Part shown: in pieces, positions 30,900 to 42,392 of the stretch
Position numbering within the stretch: position 1 is the first letter of the stretch
Layout: every line of letters starts with the position of its first letter
Source of the DNA: Prorocentrum cordatum
Taxonomy: Eukaryota
Direction of reading: 5' to 3'
DNA: 64,000 bases
Assembly (NCBI GenBank): GCA_963575745.1
Contig: CAUYUJ010000225.1
Location: forward strand, 1,054,001 to 1,118,000
Notes under the pieces: model-generated
What the model was told of the DNA's origin: nothing
Seen by the model: only the letters and a program-made list of their open reading frames with translations
Databases searched by the model: none
Program-made: the position numbers and the translations under genes

Positions 30900-31704
30900 C
30901 ACAATCACAATCACAACAACAACAACAACAACAACAACAACACCAACACCAACACCACCACCACCACCACCACCACCAACAACAACAACAATAACAATAA
31001 CAACAACAAACAAGACACCAAAGCAGCCAACAAACAAACGCCCCAGACAGCCAAGCTCGCACTAAAACTGCAAGAATGCCTCCAAGGCCATCCCAAGACT
31101 GCCCAATGATGCCTCTTCAAGAGGGCCCCAAGATGGCCTCAAGACGGCCCAAGGAGCCCCCAAGACGGCCCAAGAGGGCTCCAAGAGGGTGCCCAAGAGG
31201 CCCTCAAGAACGACAGGCATTGCTTTCCCTTACGGTTCCGGCAGATCTTAACCTAGCATACTGGCCCGCCAAGCCCCAAAACGGCCCAATAGGCCACCAA
31301 GAGGGCTCCAAGACAGCAAGAAAGGCCCCAAAGAGGGCCCTAAGACGTCCCAGGGAGTTCCAAGAAGGCCCGAGAGGCCCTCAAGACTGCCCAAGGGGGC
31401 CCAAAGACGGCCCACAATGCTCCCAACACGGCCCAAGAGGCCCCCAAGAAGGCCCCAAGAGGGGCCCAAGAGGGGGAGATCGAGCTGGCCTTGACAGCCT
31501 GTTCCTAAAGGATTGCTTCCGGTCCGAGACCCCCTAACATGCCCACAAGACACCCTCGAGAGGCCCAAGAAGAAGCATCCCAGATGTGCCCCTACAGACC
31601 ATGAAGAGTCTCCCAAACTGACCCGAAAGCCTCCCGAGAGGCCCTCAAGAGGCCCCAAGCAATTATTCGTCGGCGGCGAAGCAGAATTGGCTGCACCTGC
31701 GATA

Positions 31705-31938
31705 CGGCTGCTGGATAAAATCCTGCACCAGCCGCGCAACCAGGGCGACGGCGCAAACTTCCACACGCGCCCCCCTGCCCCCCGATTCAATGTTGATTGG
31801 CTGCGCCCGCGGGGTGCAGGATTTAGGCCAGTCGGCAGATCGACAAACCGCGCCACAGCCTGCCAATAGAGACCTGGGGGCGCGGGGGGCGAAAACATAA
31901 ACCTAACAAAAAAGGTGCACGATTTCGTCCATCAACCG
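31705..31938. mobile_element. TA-flanked MITE (Tc1/mariner-type ends)
   Basis: TA-CGGCTGCTGGATAAAATCCTGCACC ... GGTGCACGATTTCGTCCATCAACCG-TA forms imperfect 25-bp TIRs. Confidence 0.75.
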
Positions 31939-34900
31939 TAGAGCTAGACGGGGGCACCGAAAAGCGGATTGGCCAGCATGCAAGAGTGGGATGAGGACAG
32001 AGCGGAAGAGGCCTCAAACCAACTACGAGATGCGTCAAACCTTCACGCCGCGCCGCTGCGCCGGCGCGGCGGTGGGGTCCCGCGGTGGGGGTCGCAGCAG
32101 GCCGCTGGGCAGCACAAACTCGTAGAAGAGGCCACGAATAGCCCGTTTCTGCATCGGACCGTGGTTAACCATTTGCGAGCTGAGACAGACCGAGAATGGT
32201 CAACACAAACTTGGAGCCTCCATTTCCGCATGCTGTCACTGCAAGCTCAAAGCTACACCACGCGCGGGACGTGCGGGTTAGGCGGCATGCATAACCAACT
32301 ATAACTCTGCCACATGAGACAATCACGGGCGTTCCACCTAACAAGGAGGGCATTCACGCCCACTCCTGATGCAAGGAGCAGCACTGAGAACTTAGGCACA
32401 CCAAACCATGCTGGCCTCCAGTATTTCCATCCATCGACCCCCCTCTCGCTGCACCGACCCGCTGCTGGGATGCCTTACGTATACCAACAAGCGCAATGGC
32501 ATGGCAACGGGGAAAATGAAGCCATCATCTACATCTGCAGGGAGGGGGCAGACCAGCGCAATGGACATGGTGACAGTCGAGCAGATGAACACCTCCCGGG
32601 CGAGCGGTCGGAGCAAATAGGGAGTGGGATGGGGTCAGATGCTGCAAGCGACGACGAGGGGCGTGGGCTGGGTAGGAAAGCGGCGCGAGAAGGCAAGGCA
32701 GGAAGACAGTGGACCAGGGTCACCTGCCAGATGAGGCGGCATGAAGGGACCGCCCAACAAGAAGACGAATTCTCGCGAAATAGTTCCGTAGCGACTTGAC
32801 TGGACAAGAACGGGCAACGCCGCTTTTGTCAGTGCTGGTCTGCCGTGCTGTGCGTGCGCTTGCGCGCGTGTACTTGATAAACTAGAACCACGCGCGCGCT
32901 TCGCCGACGCTTAGGTTCTCCCCCCCTCCTCCACTCCGTTTTCTCTCACATCCCCTCAAATTACCCCTCTCCGTCCCTTTACTTATCATCCCCCCTCTCC
33001 TGACCTCCGTTCACCCTCCCCGTCCCCCTTTCCCCTCCCAAAATCCCCCGAGCCTTCCTTCTCCTCTTCCTCCTCCTCCTCCTCTTCTTCCTCCTCCTCC
33101 TCCTCCTCCTCCCCCTCCACCCCAGACAAAACTTTGGAGCGGCCGCTTGTGCTCATGTGTAGGCGTCTAAAGCGTGTCAATTCACATCTGCCTGCACACC
33201 GCGATGCCATTTCATGAGATCGTTTTCATTGACAAGAATTTTCGCGAACAGTGCAACGTGTTCTCGCGTGGCTGATCGTGCCGAAGCATGTTGCCAGCCA
33301 CACAGGCTTTCGTTTGTTCCCTGCAAGTGTTGTTGGAAAGGCAACGCCGGGGGATGTGGATTATTTGGGCACTTGTGTTGTTTGCAAACCTATATGCGCC
33401 GTTAAGTGGTGTCGGTCGGTCAGTGGAAGAAGAAGAAGACTGACGAGGAGGAGGAGGAGGAGGAGGAGGAGGAGGAGGAGGACGTGGAGCTGATGCATAG
33501 AGGTAGGGATAAACTGAAGGGCATGGGATGCTGAGAGCCCTAGGATTCTGCGCTTGACTGCACCTGCGAACAACAACTTCGAAAGCACCTACCTATATGG
33601 CTGGCAACATGCTTCGGCAAAATCAGCCAGAGGAATGGGGCGCGCGCTAATCTCTGTAGTCACCTCCGAGGAAGCTTTCAAACACGCGCAAAATGACTCT
33701 GGCCTCTTGGGCCGTCTCAGGCTCCTCCGAGGCGCTCTTGAAGACGTCCCTTGGGCCGTCTTGGCGCCCCCATCTTGGGCCATATTGGGCCCCTCTTCGC
33801 CGTCTTGGGTGTCTCTTGGCGTCGTCTCGTGGCCGTCTTGAGCCCATCCTGGGCAGTCTTGGGCCGTCATGAGCCTCTCTGGGGACCATACATCCCCGTT
33901 ACGAAAGTGCATTCATCTAGGACGAAATTGACATGTCTGGGCGCTGTGGTGAGAAGTAATATGGAAGTGATTTGAATTTGTGATTTCATACGGGGAGATA
34001 TTCAGAATAGCGTGGAAGGTGCTGGGGGTGACTTCCCCGTTTTGAATTTGAAGGGGGAGAGATTTTATCCCGAAGTGGTCATATACTTTTAATTGCACAC
34101 CAGGGAGAACCCCGGAAAGCTCTCCCGCCCATCAAGGCCGAAGGCTGCCGTGCTAGGAGCCTACGGGGGGAAGGGGGGTCCCACTCGGAGACGCCCTCAT
34201 CCCTCATCGTCAGTACTCAAGAAGAACAAGTAACTTTCTTAACGGGTCAGTATTGGAGCATCTTGGGGCCCTCTTGGGCCTTGTTTGGCTCATCTCGGAC
34301 GCGCTGAAGACAAAGAAAATGAGCACGCTAAAATCACTGAAAAGCAATTGGAAAGTCACTGATATTCACCTCTCGGAGGCCTCTTTGAGTTACTCGTGGA
34401 GCGTTCTTGGCGGGTCCGAGGCATAGAGAAGTGCTTTGGGCGCCATATTGAGCCGTCTAGGACACGTCTTGGCCACATTGGTGGTCTCCCGACGCCGTTC
34501 GAAATCGTGACTTCGACCACCCTTGAAGTAACCTCCCAGAGCTCCGAGAAAGAGTCCTGTACCCCCAGGTGCTAAATTCTGTGCCCACGGGGTGGTCCCA
34601 TTTGTCATTGTGCCCGCGGGGGGGACAACAAATACTACTTGCAACAAACATCGGAAAACCAGATTTTTGCCTCTTGAAGCCTTCTTGGGGTGCCTCGTGG
34701 AACGCTCCTAGAGCGTCTCGAGGGCGCTGTGAGCCGTATGGAGGTGCTTATGGGGACCTCCTGAGAGGACTCTTGGGGGCCTGCTTGGCTCGTGCTCTCG
34801 GACTCTTGACGATTCCGGGGGTCCTGGTGCGCGGAGATGTCTAAATCTTGGTTCGTGCTCCCCCTCTGGGGCCGATCTTTGGCGGTTTCGTGTGTTATTT

Positions 34901-35049
34901 CGGGCCATCTTGGAGCTCTCTTGGGCCGTTTGGGGGGCCTCTTGGGCCGTCCCGGCGCCCACTTGGGAGTCTCTAAGGCCGTCTCGGGGCGATTCTCGGG
35001 GCCTCTGATGTAGTCCTGGAGCGCTGGGTCACGGAAAGAGTCATAAAAA

Positions 35050-35133
<84 letters not shown>
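35050..35133. repeat. (AC)n microsatellite
   Basis: Direct reading. Confidence 0.97.
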
Positions 35134-35134
<1 letters not shown>

Positions 35135-37739
35135 CAACCAAAAAAAACAGACGCCCAAAACCAGTGGAAAACAAATGATTGCTGCCTCTTGGGTCCTCTG
35201 GCGGTGCCCCTTAGAACCCTCTTGGAGCGTTTTGGTGGCGCTGTGGGCCGTCTGCAGGCTCCTGTGAAGCGTCTTGGTGGCGTTTTAGGCCACCTGGAAG
35301 CCATCAAGAGCGTCGGGGACAGAATTTTCTGCGTCTCGGGCCCTCTTGGGCCGTCTGGGGCACCTCTGGGGACGTGTCAGAAGCCTTGTAGGGTGGGCCT
35401 GGGCCCTCGGCACCACCATTCTCTGTCGGGCCCTGGACCCCTGGCCGTCTTGGGAGCCTCTTCGGCCGTCTCGGACGCTGTGACAGCCCAGAAGGCGAAT
35501 CTGCTATGAATATACGTTTTCCTACGGGAACGGGACGGTTTTTACTTCTTGTGGCCCTCAGGGGAGGCGAAACACGCGGAACGGGGCCCGCCCCAGCAGA
35601 GCCACTCGGCAGGTTGGACACTGTGCGGCATTCGGGGATGTCTCTTGGAGGCTTTAAAGATTCAGTTTGAAGCCTCTCGGGGCCTCTTGGGAGCCTCATT
35701 GAGGCCTCTTTTGGGCCTCCTGGGGGCCTCTCGGCGGCCTCGGGGATCATCTTGAGGTGGAGGGCTTGGAATCTCAGCTCTGGTTCCCCGGCCTTCTTCG
35801 ACGCGGTGAAAACTGAAAAAGTGAATGTAGTGAAAATTAATTTTGCCCTACAAAGAATTTGACGATTCTTGGCATCGCGAGGCTGTCTTGAGGAGCCTCC
35901 TGGGGCTCTCTTGTGGCTCCTAGGGCGTCTCGTGGACCGTCGGGATGTCACGTGCGGCCGTCTTGGAGCGCTCTTGGGGCAGGCAAGGAGCCTCTTGGGA
36001 ACAGCATGGGTGCCTGGAGGCTATCTTGTACGCTTTGGGAGCGATTTTGGGCCGTCTCGGGAACTCGCGGGGCCGCCCGGAGCGCGCCCCGGGACGGGGG
36101 GTCACCGTCGTACAAGTGAGGGGGCCGGCCCGGGGCCCCGAGGCCGGGATTTCCCATACGTATGTATGTATGTGTATATATATATACACACAAGACTGCA
36201 TTGGCGCTTCGCGCCATGCACCTTGGTTCTTGAGGCTCTGCATATGTTGGCCGTTCGCGCCATCCCTAGTGGCCGCGGAAATTTGACCCCTTACCTGAGG
36301 TGGTTTGTAGAAATCTTCGAAAGTTCGGGCGATCCCTGGCCCTTCCCGGGCCTCCAGGGGCCCCCGAAAGGCGCTGGGTGGAGGGCGAAGGATAGGAGGG
36401 GGGGAATGTCGGGGAGCGAAGGAAGGAAGCGGATGTGGGGGAGGACGAGTGGTGGAGCGGCAGAAAGAGGAGGAGGAGGAGGAGGAGGAGGAGGACCCAC
36501 AGGAGCAGGGGGATGGAATGCCAAGCAAACCGACGTAATGTCAAGCAATGCTGCAAAGCACAAAGAAATCCCAAGCCGAGGATGTCATGTTGCAGCGGGT
36601 CGCAACGGGGTGCGCGAACGTGAGTAATTCGTAAGGAACGGACCGAATTCCGGGTTCGCAGCAAATTTTCGGGAAATGTGGTTGCGAAACCGGGATTCGG
36701 GTCAATTTTAAGGAAAACGCCGTGTGGGTCTTGTTGGAGCCCAGGCGGGCGGGCTTGGTGCCCTCTTGATTGAGCAGGGACCGACCGTCCCGGATTCCTA
36801 TCGGCCTACCACGACATGTTCTTAGAACCTAGAACTGTGCTGAGAACAAAACAATTTTCTTAGAACATAAACCCGACGTGTTATAACAAGACAGTCCCAG
36901 TCAGAATGTTCTAAGAACATTTCGCGCAGACCACAAAAGCTTCTTCGAACATTGTTTGGTGGGCCTATAGGCGAGCCAAGACGAGTCGCCACTGCTTGAG
37001 TTGAGCCGTCCTGGGGCCATCTTGGGCCGTGTTAGGGAGCTTGGGTCCTCCCGGGCAGGCCCTCCCGGTGGCCTCCCATGGCCTTTCTGGGGGCCCCCCG
37101 AGCCTTCTTTGGCTTCTCTTGGGCGCCTTCCGAGGGCCTCTTGGGCTTCTTTTGGCTCCTCTGGAGCTTCCTTGGGTAGTCTTCGGGTACGGAGGCCCTC
37201 CTGGTGGCCTCCCATGGCCTTTCTGGGGCCCTTGCCTTCTTGTCTTTCTCTTGGGCGCCTTCGGCTCATTTGGGACTTCCTTGGGCAGTCTTGAGGCCAT
37301 CCAGGCCGTCTAGAGGCTCTCTTGGGGGCTTTGTGGGTCGTCTTGGGGCGATACTGTAAGCCTTTCTGGCTCTGGTGGACGCTGCGAAGACCCGAACAGC
37401 GAATATGCTGAAATTGAACGTTTCCCTTAGGAAATGAAGCGATTTCTGTGTTCTGGAAGTCCGGTTGAGGGCCTCCTGGGCCGTCTTGGGGGCCTCTGGA
37501 GGCCATCTGGGTCCTTCTTGGATCGCTATTGTGCTGTCTTAGGTCTCTCTTCGACCTCTCTGATCACCGCTCTGATCGCTTGGGGACAGAGGCAAAACCC
37601 GGTTAGGCGCTCTGGAAGTCCCGGACGAGCCGGGGGACTTTTGGCAAGGATGTCTGAGGGGTCCAGAAACCCTTGAACCTGGGGGGTCGGTTTTGGGGGG
37701 GGGGGGTGGAGGGCTTGTAAACAAATGCTAGAACGAGGA

Positions 37740-37923
37740 ATATGTATATATGTGTGTATGTATATACACATATTATATATTTGTATATATATATATATGT
37801 ATGTATATAGGTATATATGTAGATGTATATGTATATGTACATGTGTATATATATATGTATATAGGTATATGTATATGTATATGCATATGTATACGTATAC
37901 GTATACGTATATGTGTATGTATA

Positions 37924-37999
<76 letters not shown>

Positions 38000-38096
38000 C
38001 ATGTATATGTATATGTATATGTATATGCATACATATGCATGCATGTATGCATGTATGTATGCAGGTATGTATGTATGTATATATGTATTCATATGT
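37740..38096. repeat. (TA/TG) compound microsatellite, target site of element B
   Basis: (TATATG)n and (TATGTG)n tracts. Confidence 0.95.
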
Positions 38097-38341
38097 TTCA
38101 GGAAACAGGAGATACAACACTGTAGATGAGAATATAGGTGATGGAATATCTGAGTGAGGTTGAGTTTGCGAAGTTGTTGTAATTATGACACTTGTGTACT
38201 GTCAAGAGCCATTGTTGGCTCAACTCATGCTTGAGGTGGAAAAGAGTTTCTACCAGCCCTTTCGGGCAAGGTCCGTGGACCCCCAGCTCCGCTACTTGAA
38301 GTTATCAAGATAACATGCACTTATTACATCGAGCACTTGCA
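38097..38341 (+). repeat. 5' LTR of element B
   Basis: Aligns with 46667-46911 with scattered substitutions. Confidence 0.92.
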
Positions 38342-39552
38342 TGGTAGCGTGATTGGTTTCTTCTCAGCATGGCTGGTCTTGTTGATACGAGGCTGCCGGG
38401 CCGACCGAACAGGTACTCGGGGAATCGAGATGAGTTCGGAACCTTCAGATATCCGCCGACCCCTTGGGGTTCATCGGCGTGTGAAACGTTTCCCCTCCCC
38501 AAACCCCTCCCCCAGGAGCCCGGTCCGGTCGATTTGGAGGGGGGGGGGGTCCGGGCAAATCCCCCGATTCCCCCGATTGTCCCGATTCCCCCGGGGGGGT
38601 CATCCGCTCCCGAAGATCGTGCAGGGACTCCTCCGGTGGCCTCGAAATGGCCCCAGGACGCCAAACGAGCGCTCCAAGACGCCCAAGGTGGCCCAAAGAC
38701 GGGCTACGAGGCCTCCTAGACGGCACAAGAGGTCCCCACGAGGCCCCAAGAGGCCTCCAATATGCGTCCCAAGAGGGTCCCTAGACGCAAAAATTTGCCC
38801 ATTCCCTCCGTTAAGCGTGCATTTTTCACAAGTTCGCCTTCTGGGTTTTCCGATGCTCCCAGACGGCCCAAGAGGCCCCCAAGACCGCCCCAAGGCGGCC
38901 CAAGACGCCTCCAAGAGGGTCCCAAAATAGCCCAAGAGGGCCCCAAAACGGGCCAACAGGCGTCCAAGACGGCCCAAGAGGGCCCCGAAAACGGCCCCAA
39001 GAGCGCTCCAGGAACGCTCCGAGTGGCCTCCAAGAGAGCTCAATATGGTCCCAAACGGTCCAAGAACAATCAAAGACACCAAAGACGGCCTCCAGACGGC
39101 CCAAGATGCCCCCAAGAGGCCCCAAGAGGCATCCACGATGCGCACCAAAAGGGCCTCTAGACGCAAAAAATTGGCCCGGTCCCCATCGTAAAACGTATAT
39201 TTTTCACAAATACCCCTTTGGGGCTTTCCGACGCTCCCGGACGGCCCAAGAGGCCCCCAAGACCGCACCAAGACGGTCCAAGAAGCCTCCAAAAGGGGCC
39301 CAAGACAGCCCAAGAGGGCGCCAAGACGGCTCAAGAGGCGCCGAAGACGGCCCAAGAGAGCCCCGAAGACGGCCCCAAGAGCGCTCCAAGTGGCTTCCCA
39401 GAGAGCTCAACATGGTCCCACACGGTCCAAGGGCGATCGAAGACACCCGAGATGGCCTCCAGCTGGCCCAAGACGCCCCCAAGGGGCCTCCAAGATGCGT
39501 CCCAAGAGGGTCCCTAGACGCAAAACAATGCTCCTTTCCTTCGTAAAACGTA

Positions 39553-40468
39553 TAGTTCCCTACCTAGGCTCTGCCTAGAAGGGTTCTTACTCTCTTAGCT
39601 TAAAGGGGCTGGGCAGTGTAAATCGCCCCGGGCGGTTCCCCCAGTCCCCGCCCCGCGGTTCCCCCAGTCGCGCCCCCTGGGTTCACCCAGCTTAGCTTAG
39701 CTTCAGCTTAGCTTTAGCTTAGCTTTAGCTTAGCTTTAGCTTAGCTTCAGCTTAGTTTTAGCTTAGTTTTAGCTTAGCTTTAGCTTAGCTTCAGCTTAGC
39801 TTCAGCTTAGCTTTAACGTAGATTTAGCTTAGATTCAGCTTAGCTTCAGCTTAGCTCTAGCTTAGCTCTAGCTGAGCTTCAGCTTAACTTCAGCTTAGCT
39901 TCAGCTTAGCTTCAGCTTAGCTCTAGCTTAGCTCTAGCTTAGCTCTAGCTTAGCTTCAGCTTAGCTTTAGCTTAGCTTTAGCTTAGCTCTAGCTTAGCGT
40001 TAGCTTAGCTTCAGCTTAGCTCTAGCTTAGCTTTAGCTTAGCTCGAGCTTAGCTTTAGCTTAGCTTTAGCTTAGCTTTAGCTTAGCTTCAGCTTAGCTTC
40101 AACTTAGCTTCAGCTTAGCTTCAGCTTAGCTTTAGCTTAGCTCTAGCTTAGCGTCAGCTTAGCTTCAGCTTAGCTTTAGCTTAGCTCTAGCTTAACTTCA
40201 GCTTAGCTTTAGCTTAGCTTCAGCTTAGTTTCAGCTTAGCTTTAGCTTAGCTTCAACTTAGCTCTAGCTTAGCGTTAGCTTAGCTCTAGCTTAGCGTTAG
40301 CTGACTTTAGCTTAGCTTTAGCTTAGCTTTAGCTTAGCTTTAGCTTAGTTCTAGCTTAGTTTTAGCTTAGCTTTAGCTTAGCTTTAGCTTAGCTTTAGCT
40401 TAGCTTTTCTGTTACTACTAACGCTGCTTTCCTAGGAGCTCCAACTCCTAGGTAGGGTCACACTGGGA
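39553..40468. mobile_element. TA-flanked element with subterminal inverted repeats, carrying an 11-bp satellite
   Basis: CCCTACCTAGG (39558-39568) and CCTAGGTAGGG (40447-40457). The flanks rejoin to AAAACG-TA-ATTTTCACAAA, resembling the uninterrupted repeat at about 39190. Confidence 0.65.
39688..40406. repeat. 11-bp satellite CTTAGCT(TC/TT/CT)AG, about 65 copies
   Basis: Direct tandem reading. Confidence 0.97.
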
Positions 40469-42180
40469 TAATTTTCACAAATTCGCCTCGTGGGTTTTCC
40501 GACGCTCCAAGGCGGCCCGAGAGGTCCTGAAGACCGCCCCAAGACGGCCCAAGAAGCCCCAAAGACGGCCCAACGACGGCTGGCCCCAAGACAGCCCAAG
40601 AGGTCCCCAAGACGGCCCAAGAAGGCTCCAAGACGGCACCAAGAGGGGCCCAAGAGGGCAACCAAAAATTCAAAAATATAGCTTTCCGCCCCCACGAGCC
40701 CCAGGGGGCCCCAAGAGTGCCCCAAGAGGCCGCCAGAGGCCCCCAAGAGGCCGCCAAGACGCCCCAAGGAGCCCCCAAGAGGCCCCCAGGAGGCCTCCAA
40801 AAGACCCCCAGACGCTTCCGCATTGCGAGCCGTCAAGCCAACTGCAATGCACTCCGCGCATGCAGCCTTGCTCTTCCTCGCGACGTGCTCACAATCTTGC
40901 TCGGCGCTAATGTGCTGCTGCTACGCGAACTGTTTCGCGCGCGCTGCGAACGTCCACAGCCTCTTCACCCGTTTCGACTCATCTGCCGCATCTTTCGCGG
41001 TGATGCTTCGCTGACCACAGCTTCCGCGCGCTACTCTTGCTCCTTTCGTCTTCCGGTGCTCCTCCACTTGGTTCAGGGTCGAAAAGCCGACCTCCCAGAA
41101 GGACACCCCGCACCCGGGTGCGCAGCGCGCAAGGCGCTCGCAAAACACGCCCCATACCACCGGCACCGCGCAAACATTTGGACCCCCTACGTATCTGCCA
41201 CCACCCGCGCGCGACACCGCACCCTCACACGAGACGCCGCTGGCCAGAAGCTCCTGGCCTCGCAACAGTCACAGAAGGGGTCGGCGGATGTGGCGTAAGC
41301 CTGTAGAATCAGCTGGTTAGCTACCCAGGAGCGATCGACCCGAGATTAGCAGCAGCAGTCACGACAGCTACAACACACGGCTCAGTCAGTACCCTGGCCG
41401 AAATGGGTGACGACACTAAGCAGTTCGCAGCGACGATGCGCTACATCTTATCACAGCTTCTTGGAGGCAGCGCGCTCACCTTGGTCATGAATTGTGAGCA
41501 GAACAGTGGACTGGAGCAGTGGCGACGGTTGTGCCTACGTGAGGATGCGGCCACCAGCTCCAACAAGGTGACGCAGCTGCAGCTCCTGGTGAATGCGGAG
41601 TTTTCGGGCAAGTGGGAAACTTACGTCGAGGAGCTCGCGAAGTTCATGCTGGACATAAGCAGGTATCAGGAAGTTCGGTGAGATGATCTCGGACACTCTT
41701 GTCCAAGCCCTGATAAAGAAGAACACGCAAGAACCGCTCAAGACGCAGATAATGATGCAGACGTTCACTAACCAGCAAGCCCTACGCGACACATGCGAGT
41801 CCTTCGCTCAGCAGATGATATATCGCGACCCGACGAAGAACACGAAGAGTAAGTTCGACCCGAATGCCATGGACGTGGGCGCTTTCAGCAAAGGAGGTAA
41901 AAGCGACGGCAAGGGCAAAGGCCACGGCGGCAAGTCGGACTTCGAGGGCGGCAATAGGACGGGCTGTTCGAGGGACATGGGCAGCAAAGGCGGCAAGGGT
42001 GACGGCAAGGGTGGCAAGACGAATACGGAGAAAGGAGAGACGAAGTTCTTCGACGGATGGCGTTCAAATCCCCACTGCGGCAAGTACGGTCACAAGATGG
42101 CGGACTCCAGAACGCGCGGAGGTGAAGCCTACCAGCCTGGAGGAGGTCAACGATCCATGTCTGAGGTTCAGCAAGGACTT

Positions 42181-42211
<31 letters not shown>

Positions 42212-42392
42212 GCGGATCGGATTTCGCAAGTACGGTCCATCCAAGCTCATCGGCTTCACAAATGCGGCATCATCACAGGTTTCAACACGGGCGCCTGGAC
42301 GAGTTCAGGCAGCGGTACTTCCAGAGGAAAACAACACATGGGGCTGGATTTTTGCGTTCACGGACACCTCCGACGACGGAAACGAATGCGAG

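Larger units (their letters stand above)
38454..41310. mobile_element. Non-autonomous insertion with asymmetric terminal inverted repeats (Helitron2/Helentron-like)
   Basis: Removing it restores the gag frame (TTC AGA TAT CAG CTG). ATCCGCCGACCCCTT (38451-38465) is inverted at 41275-41289, about 20 nt inside the right end, followed by a GGC-GTAA-GCC mini-hairpin. Confidence 0.7.

Noticed and set aside
22825..31120. Poly-T/Q/N/C/V ORFs and the Cys-rich GCPD-repeat ORF at 25579-26268
   Set aside because: They are products of (CAA)n and the 12-bp minisatellite; the metallothionein-like look is an artefact.
34190..34250. Possible hammerhead ribozyme core (CTGACGA on the minus strand)
   Set aside because: No stem II followed by GAAA could be found.
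37526..38157. YI/HI/MY/VC-repeat ORFs
   Set aside because: Microsatellite translations.
39688..40406. Telomere
   Set aside because: It is internal, has an 11-bp unit with no G-run, and is bounded by element-like ends.
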